From Anaerolineales bacterium (GTDB taxonomy: Bacteria; Chloroflexota; Anaerolineae; Anaerolineales; Villigracilaceae): DNA of 33,471 nucleotides. A program made the position numbers and the translations under genes. The DNA is taken from positions 1 through 33,471 of the forward strand of contig DASUOS010000201.1 in assembly GCA_036276515.1 (NCBI GenBank), written 5' to 3'. Shown one piece after another: positions 1-7,256 of the stretch; within the stretch, counting starts at the first letter, position 1; the number at the start of each line of letters is the position of its first letter. A model generated the notes under the pieces. That model had not been told where the DNA came from and made no database searches. It was given only the letters and a program-made list of their open reading frames with translations.

Positions 1-267
1 TATGCCAGCAATTACATACCGAAACGTAAGTTTCGCGGTCCGGTATTCCTTAGCGGCCACGGCCTTTGGGTGGACTGGCGGGAGAACTGGTCCCTCAACC
101 GGGCCATCGAAAAGATCATGATGCGCTTCGAAGGCCAGCACACCGTCTTCGACATCGCCGAGCAGGCCGGCCTGGATTATTGGACTGTGCGTGACTATAT
201 CGAGAAATTCAGAGCAAAGGGATTTGTAACGGCCATGCCCATCCCATCGGAGGCTGAAACCATGTAG
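1..267 (+). CDS. 3' end of a probable DUF4910-type (aminopeptidase-like) polysaccharide-locus protein with a C-terminal winged HTH; partial
   Basis: Frame 1 is open from base 1 (YASNYIPKRKFRGPVFLSGHGLWVDW...TVFDIAEQAGLDYWTVRDYIEKFRAKGFV) to TAG at 265-267. The wHTH-like tail and glycan-locus context fit this family. Confidence 0.6.
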   Translation, partial: YASNYIPKRKFRGPVFLSGHGLWVDWRENWSLNRAIEKIMMRFEGQHTVFDIAEQAGLDYWTVRDYIEKFRAKGFVTAMPIPSEAETM

Positions 268-311
268 GGATGGACAGTTGTCCATCCGGGTGGACAGCCG
301 TCCGACCCTAC
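264..311. repeat. Inverted doublet of GTAG-type REP-like palindromes (REPIN-like)
   Basis: GTAG-GGATGGACA-gt-TGTCCATCC at 264-287, followed by a related inverted unit at 288-311 that ends in CTAC. Confidence 0.65.
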
Positions 312-321
312 GCGTGGATTT

Positions 322-1137
322 ATGAAACCAAAAGTTGTTGCTATTATTCAGGGACGCATGTCGTCCTCGCGTTTACCCGGGAAGATCCTGGCCGATATCG
401 CTGGGCAGCCCATGCTGCAGCGCGTCTTTATCCGCACCTCTCGGGCTGTGACTGTGACCGAAACGATCTTTGCCACAACGACAGACCCCTCCGACGATCC
501 CGTGGCTGAATACTGTGACTTCAGCGGGATTACGTTCACTCGCGGCAGTCTCTACGATGTGCTGGACCGGTATTACCAGGCGGCGAAACAGACGAGTGCA
601 GATGTCGTTGTCCGCGTCACCGCCGATTGTCCGGTCATCGATCCGGAATTGATCGATGATGTGACCCGTACCCTGCTCGATGGTGAGTATGACTTTGCCT
701 GCAACCGCCTCCCGCCTCCCTGGCACCGCACGTACCCCATTGGCATGGATGTGGAAGCCTGTACGTTCCAGGTGCTGGAGAAAGCCTGGAAGGAAGCGAA
801 GGAACCCCAGCACCGCGAGCATGCCATGCCCTATTTTTACGAGGGAGTTGAGCTTTCAGCGCTCAGTCGTCAACTCTCAGCGGGTGTTTCGCCGCGCGGG
901 TTTCGTATCGCGCTATTGAATCACACCACGGATTTCGGCGAGTACCGCTGGACGGTGGATACGCCTCAGGACCTGGAATTCATCCGCCAGGTCTACAGCC
1001 GCTTCGATAGCCGTGACGATTTTTCCTGGAAAGAAGTTCTGGATCTCGTTCACAATGAGCCCGATTTGATGAAAATCAATGCCGGTGTGCAGCACAAAAC
1101 GCTCAAAGACCTCGATGAACGCGCCACAAACAACTGA
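322..1137 (+). CDS. spsF: SpsF-like cytidylyltransferase (CTP_transf_3 family)
   Basis: IIQGRMSSSRLPGK, RVTADCP, REH and RWTVDTPQD motifs typical of SpsF. Confidence 0.85.
   Translation: MKPKVVAIIQGRMSSSRLPGKILADIAGQPMLQRVFIRTSRAVTVTETIFATTTDPSDDPVAEYCDFSGITFTRGSLYDVLDRYYQAAKQTSADVVVRVTADCPVIDPELIDDVTRTLLDGEYDFACNRLPPPWHRTYPIGMDVEACTFQVLEKAWKEAKEPQHREHAMPYFYEGVELSALSRQLSAGVSPRGFRIALLNHTTDFGEYRWTVDTPQDLEFIRQVYSRFDSRDDFSWKEVLDLVHNEPDLMKINAGVQHKTLKDLDERATNN
846..880. repeat. Degenerate 7-nt tandem repeat inside the spsF-like CDS
   Basis: agttgag ctttcag cgctcag tcgtcaa ctctcag. Confidence 0.55.
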
Positions 1138-1174
1138 TTACTGACAACAGACAACTGACTACTGACTACTCATG
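1126..1174. repeat. Degenerate 7-nt tandem array filling a gene junction
   Basis: acaaaca actgatt actgaca acagaca actgact actgact actcatg. It contains the upstream TGA and the downstream ATG. Confidence 0.85.
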
Positions 1175-2083
1175 CCCCTGATCACTTTGTTTTCCGCCCC
1201 AAAGCCTTTCAGCGATCCGCATATTGCGACTATTCAGCGTAACGCGATCCAGTCATGGACTTTGCTCCCGGACGTGGATGTCATTCTGCTTGGAGAAGAG
1301 ACTGGTCTGGCTGAGGCGGCACAGCAATTTCGGGTAAAGCATCTCTCCCACGTGGAACGCAATACAAGTGGAACTCCGCTAATCTCATCCATGTTTCGGC
1401 TGGCGCGCGAGAACAGTGAAAGTGATTTGCTCTGCATCATCAATGCAGACATGATCCTCATGCCCGATTTTGTAGAGGCTGCCCGTAGGTCACGCTTGCA
1501 GCGTGACAAATTTGTGTTATTAAGTCAGCGCTGGGACCTGGACATTACCACTCCCATCGACTTCACCGAAGGCTGGGATAACCGTCTATGGTCCATTGTC
1601 CAGAGTCGTGGCTCCCTCCACCGTCCCGCAGGGAGCGACTTCTTCCTCTTCCCGCGATCCTGCTACACCCGCATCCCGGATTTCACCATCGGCCGCGCCG
1701 GCTGGGACAACTGGATGATCTACAAGGCCCGCCGGGAGGGCTGGCCTGTGATCGACTGTACACCGTCGGTTATGATCGTGCACCAGAACCATGACTACAG
1801 CCATCTGCCCGGTGGAAAGCCGCACTATGAGCATCCCGACACCAACGAGAACATTCGACTGGCAGGCGGACAGGCCAACATCCGCTACACGATACTGGAT
1901 GCAACGCACCAACTGTACCCCGGTGGTACACTTGTCCGCCCGAAGATGACGTCGGCCCGGTTTGCTCGCAAGCTGGAGCTCTTTCTGCGCTCGGTCCTCT
2001 TCTTCCTGCCGGAAAGGATGATTGAGAACATCGCCCGCCCGCGGCGGTGGAAAAAAAGATTCACCAAACTTTTCAAAGGCTGA
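1172..2083 (+). CDS. Putative GT-A-fold glycosyltransferase
   Basis: 303 aa. IINADMIL DxD-like motif, GRAGWDNW, HQNHDYSH and a basic amphipathic C-terminus; glycan-locus context. Confidence 0.6.
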   Translation: MPLITLFSAPKPFSDPHIATIQRNAIQSWTLLPDVDVILLGEETGLAEAAQQFRVKHLSHVERNTSGTPLISSMFRLARENSESDLLCIINADMILMPDFVEAARRSRLQRDKFVLLSQRWDLDITTPIDFTEGWDNRLWSIVQSRGSLHRPAGSDFFLFPRSCYTRIPDFTIGRAGWDNWMIYKARREGWPVIDCTPSVMIVHQNHDYSHLPGGKPHYEHPDTNENIRLAGGQANIRYTILDATHQLYPGGTLVRPKMTSARFARKLELFLRSVLFFLPERMIENIARPRRWKKRFTKLFKG

Positions 2084-2100
2084 ACGCCTCTCAATTCTTA

Positions 2101-2149
2101 ACCTGTGAACTGAACCTGATACATGGAACCTGGAACCTGATACCTCATG
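2101..2149. repeat. Degenerate 7-nt tandem array ending at the next start codon
   Basis: acctgtg aactga acctgat acatgga acctgga acctgat acctcat-g. Confidence 0.85.
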
Positions 2150-3103
2150 CGTAAAGGCCAAAACCCCGCCAAGTTCGTCAAAGATGTGGTCCGCCCCGAG
2201 CGGATCACAGTCGCGCTGTTGAATTACATCCCCTTTCTGAGCGGGTTTTACGCCGAAACTCTCGACGTGCTGAAAGTCTCACTCGAGTCGATGCGCAGGG
2301 ATGCAGGCTTGCCTTTTGACCTGATGGTCTTCGACAACGGCTCCTGCCCGGAGGTGCGTGACTTCCTGGTAAAGGAAAAGGAAGAGGGGCGGATCCAGTA
2401 CTTAATCCTTTCCGAAAAGAACGTAGGCAAGGGAGGAGCCTGGAATGTCATGCTTACCGGCGCACCCGGTGAGATCGTTTCCTACACCGACAGCGATGTC
2501 CTGTTTTCTCCAAAATGGTTATCGCGTTCCGTGGAAATTCTGGAAACCTTCCCCAATGTCGGCATGGTGACGGCCCGTCCCTTCCGCACGCCGCCGGAGT
2601 TCATTGAATCCACTCTCCAATGGGCGCGCGAACATGCAGCCCTGGAAGAAGGACAGTTCATCCCCTGGGAAACGTTCCTGGAGTTCAATCTCTCCCTGGG
2701 TCAAACGGAGGAAGAGAATAGAAAAGTGTACGCAGAGACTAGAGATTGGAGAATAGTCTATAAAGGCGTGACGGCCATGGCCGGGGCCTCACACTGGCAG
2801 TTCACGGCTTACAAGTCTACGCTCCAGAAGTTCCTGCCGTTCGACATGGACAAACCCATGGGCCAGGTTCGCCAGCTGGACAAGCGCATGAACGATGCCG
2901 GCCTGCTGCGGCTGATGGTCTCCGACCCGCTGGCAATGAACCTCTCGAATACGTTGGGATATTTGCGAGGGGAATTGAAGGAACGTGGAAACGTAAAAAG
3001 GAAAAAGAGGACAGGCTGGAAGCGGCGTGTGCTTGAAGTTGGGCCGGTCAAGAGAATGCTGCTGGCGCTCTATAACAGAATTTTCAGCTGGTATTATTCA
3101 TAA
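2147..3103 (+). CDS. Glycosyltransferase family 2 (GT-A)
   Basis: VFDNGS, NVGKGGAWN and YTDSDV (DxD) motifs. Confidence 0.85.
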   Translation: MRKGQNPAKFVKDVVRPERITVALLNYIPFLSGFYAETLDVLKVSLESMRRDAGLPFDLMVFDNGSCPEVRDFLVKEKEEGRIQYLILSEKNVGKGGAWNVMLTGAPGEIVSYTDSDVLFSPKWLSRSVEILETFPNVGMVTARPFRTPPEFIESTLQWAREHAALEEGQFIPWETFLEFNLSLGQTEEENRKVYAETRDWRIVYKGVTAMAGASHWQFTAYKSTLQKFLPFDMDKPMGQVRQLDKRMNDAGLLRLMVSDPLAMNLSNTLGYLRGELKERGNVKRKKRTGWKRRVLEVGPVKRMLLALYNRIFSWYYS

Positions 3104-3175
3104 CTCAATGCGTGCCTAACATGTAAAGGAAAAGGGTCTTTGTGCTCTTCGCACCTTCGCGGTTCAAACGATCTT

Positions 3176-4624
3176 ATGTCTAAAAAAGTATTCATCTCTG
3201 CCGACCACGGCATGGCGATCATCTACTTCCTGCAAAGCGACGTTGTCCCAACGCTGCTGGAGGCAGGTGTGCAGGTCGTTGTTCTGACCGATGACGAAAC
3301 CAGGGATCGTATCGCCCAGCGTTTCACCCGGCCAGGTCTGACTTTTGAAGGTCTCCGTCTCAAGGAAGCCAACACCTATGCCAGCAAAGTGAGCCCGCGC
3401 CTGCAGTGGCTGCTCGCCTATCTGCGGCGTGTCGGCGGCTCGTGGCGTATCAACACCGAAGCGATGGACAGCCACATCTGGGAAGTGTGGGTGGAGAATT
3501 CGTGGAAGTTTCGCCTGGGAGTCTGGTTCCCCGCTGCCCTGGCTGTTCTTCTTTTACGAACGTTTTCCTTTGCTCGAGACTACCTTGTGAGATATCAAAG
3601 CCGCTTCCTCCCTCGCCCCGGCCTGTACGCCGATCTGTTCGCCGCGCACCAGCCCGACCTGGTCATCGCTTCGACGGCCGGCTGGCGGCTGGACCGCTAC
3701 CTGCTGCGGGAAGCCGCCCTGCACCGAGTGCCGAGCATGGCCGCCATCGTAGGCTGGGATAACCCGTCGAGCTACGCCATCCGCGGCGCACCGATGGACT
3801 ACGCCACCTGCTGGTCACAGCTCCAGAAGGATGAGCTGGTATATGGCTCGGATTGGGACCCGGGGCGCGTGCACATCGGCGGCATCCCCTCTTATGATGG
3901 GTATTTCCGAAAACAGTGGCAAATACCAAAGGATGACTATTTCAAACTGCATAACCTGGACCCGGACCGTAAGCTGATCTCGTATGCCTGCTCGTTCGTC
4001 CATTTTGCTCCGAATTATCCCAACGTGGAAGCGCTGGCGAGGCTGGTCTCTTCGAACGCACTGGCCGAGCCTTCGCAATTACTGGTCCGCCTGCATCCGA
4101 GCCATTTTCAGGATAAGCCGAAGATCTTTGCCGAGGAGCGCGAACAGATCTTTGCGTTGGAGAAAAAATACCCGAACGTGCATGTCGTCAAGCCCGTTGC
4201 CCTGGGCGGCTCGCTTGGCTATTACGGCGGTGAGGACATGGATGAAAAATCGTCCATGATGGCGCATTCGGATGTGCTGGTAACCGTCTATTCCACGATG
4301 GTGGTCGAGACCGCCGTCCACGACACACCGATCGTCGCCGCGGTGATCGACGTCCCGGGTGGGTGGAACAAGCCGAAGAAGTTTTCTCTGTCGCTGAAAA
4401 AGATAGGGAACTGGCCGACCCACAAACGATTCCGTGACGCCAAAGCAGGACGAGTTGCAAGTAACGAAAGAGAGCTCTGTGATGTGATCAATCTCTACCT
4501 GCAAAACGCCTCCCTTGATGCCGCGGAACGCCGGAAATTCATCGAAGACGAGATTACCTACACGGACGGAGCCTCCGGCAGGCGGACAGCAGAATTTATT
4601 TTGAAAGTTCTACATAAAAGCTGA
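3176..4624 (+). CDS. GT-B-fold transferase, CDP-glycerol glycerophosphotransferase/sialyltransferase-like
   Basis: ATG at 3176 (MSKKVFIS). WDN, RLHP and YSTMVVET motifs plus a C-terminal DGASGRR resemble TagF-like/CMP-sugar transferases. Confidence 0.65.
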   Translation: MSKKVFISADHGMAIIYFLQSDVVPTLLEAGVQVVVLTDDETRDRIAQRFTRPGLTFEGLRLKEANTYASKVSPRLQWLLAYLRRVGGSWRINTEAMDSHIWEVWVENSWKFRLGVWFPAALAVLLLRTFSFARDYLVRYQSRFLPRPGLYADLFAAHQPDLVIASTAGWRLDRYLLREAALHRVPSMAAIVGWDNPSSYAIRGAPMDYATCWSQLQKDELVYGSDWDPGRVHIGGIPSYDGYFRKQWQIPKDDYFKLHNLDPDRKLISYACSFVHFAPNYPNVEALARLVSSNALAEPSQLLVRLHPSHFQDKPKIFAEEREQIFALEKKYPNVHVVKPVALGGSLGYYGGEDMDEKSSMMAHSDVLVTVYSTMVVETAVHDTPIVAAVIDVPGGWNKPKKFSLSLKKIGNWPTHKRFRDAKAGRVASNERELCDVINLYLQNASLDAAERRKFIEDEITYTDGASGRRTAEFILKVLHKS

Positions 4625-4647
4625 CATTTGCTGTGTGAGAACCTTGT

Positions 4648-5097
4648 ATGAGCAAGCAGAAAAATATGTTCCTCTTCTACTTTTCCATCTCCCTCGCTAT
4701 TGCTTCCAGCGCACTCTATCATTTCGTCGCCAAGAGCACACCTTCGAATGTGAATTTCACCGTGTCTCTTCTGGTGACCTACGCAGTTGCCTTTGTCGTG
4801 ACCCTGCTGGGCTTCTTTTTCTTCCCTGCCGCGAAAGGGATTACAGCTGAGCTTAAACAGCTCAACTGGGCCAGCATTGGGCTGGCGATCGCCATCGTCG
4901 GTATCGAATTCGGGTTCCTGCTGACCTACCGCTCGGGCTGGAACCTGGGGATCGCCGCGGTGCTGGTCAATGTCGTGGCATCGCTGATCCTGGTCCCGGC
5001 AGCGATCTTCCTTTTCAAGGAGAAGATCTCGCTGATCAATATCCTGGGAATCCTGGTTTGTCTGGCGGGACTGGTCATGTTAAACTGGAAACGATAA
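4648..5097 (+). CDS. Small EamA/DMT-superfamily membrane transporter (about 5 TM)
   Basis: 149 aa, hydrophobic; GFLLTYRSGWNLG and FLFKEKIS...GILVCLAG EamA-type signature. Confidence 0.75.
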   Translation: MSKQKNMFLFYFSISLAIASSALYHFVAKSTPSNVNFTVSLLVTYAVAFVVTLLGFFFFPAAKGITAELKQLNWASIGLAIAIVGIEFGFLLTYRSGWNLGIAAVLVNVVASLILVPAAIFLFKEKISLINILGILVCLAGLVMLNWKR

Positions 5098-5113
5098 CCG
5101 GAGACCAGACACG

Positions 5114-6139
5114 ATGCTTTCCCGCCTTAAGTCCGCTGCCCGTATCCTGCTCAAGGGCGAAACCAGACGAAAAAAACGCAACTCCATTCCTGCCCTCACA
5201 GATGAGGATGTGGCGGAGATCAAACAATTCTTCCCGCGCCAGAAATACTTTATCTTCGGCCATGCTCGTTCGGGGACCACGCTCCTGATGCGGCTCGTTC
5301 GCCTGCACCCAGACGTACACTGCAATTACCAGGCGCATTTCTTCACGCGTCCGCCGCTGCTCAAGTCTCTGGTTAACACCCCCGAAGCGGAGGAGTGGCT
5401 GACCCGCCGGTCCAACCGCTGGAATCAGGGACGTGACCTCTCGCCGCTCGTCCTGCGTGCCGCGGCTGACTTTATCATGGAGCGCGATGCGGTTCGCGAA
5501 GGGAAACGTATCGTCGGGGATAAAAGCCCCTCGTCCACGATCCACGGCCAGGCCGTGCGCGACGCGTACGCCGTCTATCCCGATGCGAAGCTCGTTTACA
5601 TCGTCCGCGATGGACGCGATGTCCTGGTCTCAGAGCGCTTTCGCAACTTCGTGGAAGAGTCAAAGTTCCTGAGCGCGGAGGATAAGCGGATCATCGAAGA
5701 TCTGCGTACGGACCAAACTCCGTTTACGAATGGAACGCGTTCCCTGTTCACTGAGACCTTCATCCGCCGCGTGGCCCGGGGCTGGGTAAAGAATTTAAAG
5801 GAGACGGAAGAAGAAGCACGCCGATTGTATGGTGAAAACTATTTCGGAATGCGCTACGAAGACCTGCTGGCGCATCCCTTTGATGAAATGCAAAAGCTCT
5901 GGAACTTTTTGGGAGTAAGCGTGGATCCAGCCCTGGAGCAGGCGATTTTGCAGGAGATGTCATCCAACCCCGACGAGGAATGGCAGGCGAAGCGCAACGA
6001 AGGGATTGCCTCCTTCCTGCCCAAGGGACAGGCCGGAAACTGGCAGCGACTTTTCATCGCCGGCGATAAATCTCTGTTCAAGGAGATTGCAGGAGATATG
6101 CTGGTTCGGTGGAGGTATGAGGATGGGGATCAATGGTAA
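5114..6139 (+). CDS. PAPS-dependent sulfotransferase
   Basis: 5'-PSB loop GHARSGTT, DKSP, 3'-PB RDGRDVLVS, RYEDL and C-terminal KGQAGNW. Confidence 0.9.
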   Translation: MLSRLKSAARILLKGETRRKKRNSIPALTDEDVAEIKQFFPRQKYFIFGHARSGTTLLMRLVRLHPDVHCNYQAHFFTRPPLLKSLVNTPEAEEWLTRRSNRWNQGRDLSPLVLRAAADFIMERDAVREGKRIVGDKSPSSTIHGQAVRDAYAVYPDAKLVYIVRDGRDVLVSERFRNFVEESKFLSAEDKRIIEDLRTDQTPFTNGTRSLFTETFIRRVARGWVKNLKETEEEARRLYGENYFGMRYEDLLAHPFDEMQKLWNFLGVSVDPALEQAILQEMSSNPDEEWQAKRNEGIASFLPKGQAGNWQRLFIAGDKSLFKEIAGDMLVRWRYEDGDQW

Positions 6140-6221
6140 GAAGCATCTGGTTCTGGTGGCAGATGGATAATACGCTCCATCGGCAAATCACAGTCCAATA
6201 CTGTTCTACTCACAGCCGCCG

Positions 6222-7247
6222 ATGAAAATACTGATTGCCGGTCTCGGTTCCATTGGACGAAGACACTTCCGCAATTTGATCGCCCTGGGCGAGAAGGATC
6301 TTATTTTGCTGCGCTCGCGTAAAGCGACGCTGCCCGATGACGAACTCGCAGGGTATCCTGTCGAGACGGATCTTCAGGATGCACTTACAAAACATAACCC
6401 GGATGCCGTGGTCGTGGCCAATCCGACATCCCTGCATCTGGATGTGGCGATCGCTGCCGCGCAAGCGGGCTGCCACATCCTGCTCGAGAAGCCGGTCTCG
6501 CATTCGCTGGACCGCCTTGATGTGCTGGAAGAGGCCGCGCAAAAAAGCGGGAGCAGGATTTTGGTTGGGTTCCAGTTCCGTTATCATCCTACCCTCAACA
6601 AGGCGCGCGAGCTGATCCAGTCGAACGCGCTCGGCAGGGTATTGACGGTCCATGCGCACTGGGGCGAATACCTGCCGCAGTGGCATCCCTGGGAAGACTA
6701 CCGCCAGAGCTACGCGGCGCGGGCCGATCTTGGGGGCGGCGCGATCGTTACGCTCACGCACCCGCTCGATTATTTGCGTTACCTGATGGGGGACGTCGAA
6801 TCGTTATGGTCGTTCAATGGACATATTTCCCCGCTCGATGTGGATGTGGAAGATGTGGCTGAAATTGGGTTGAAGTTTGCGAATGGAGCAACCGGAGGGG
6901 TGCACGTTAATTATTTCCAGCGGCCGCCTGTCCATCGCCTGGAGATCGCCGGCACGAATGGGACGTTACGCTGGGACAACGCGGATGGGGCGCTTCACCT
7001 GTACCAGATGCCTGCCCCCTTCGGCTCCTACTCAGACCAGCCGCCGGCTCCCGTTGTGGAAACATTCGCTCCCCCCGACAGCTTTGAGCGGAACCAGCTC
7101 TTCGTCGCGCAGACGCGCCATTTTCTGGATGTTGTGCGCGGGGAGTCGCAGCCGGTCTGCACGCTTGAGGACGGAGTGATGGCCCTGCGCCTCGCCCTGG
7201 CGGCTTATGAGTCCCAGGAGACTGGCTGTGTTGTTAAGCTGTCTTGA
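6222..7247 (+). CDS. Gfo/Idh/MocA family oxidoreductase (PtmF/ElaA-like context)
   Basis: GLGSIGRRH Rossmann motif, LEKP, GFQFRYHP, YLPQWHPWEDYR and GGGAIVTLTHPLD. Confidence 0.9.
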   Translation: MKILIAGLGSIGRRHFRNLIALGEKDLILLRSRKATLPDDELAGYPVETDLQDALTKHNPDAVVVANPTSLHLDVAIAAAQAGCHILLEKPVSHSLDRLDVLEEAAQKSGSRILVGFQFRYHPTLNKARELIQSNALGRVLTVHAHWGEYLPQWHPWEDYRQSYAARADLGGGAIVTLTHPLDYLRYLMGDVESLWSFNGHISPLDVDVEDVAEIGLKFANGATGGVHVNYFQRPPVHRLEIAGTNGTLRWDNADGALHLYQMPAPFGSYSDQPPAPVVETFAPPDSFERNQLFVAQTRHFLDVVRGESQPVCTLEDGVMALRLALAAYESQETGCVVKLS

Positions 7248-7256
7248 CTGCCTCCA

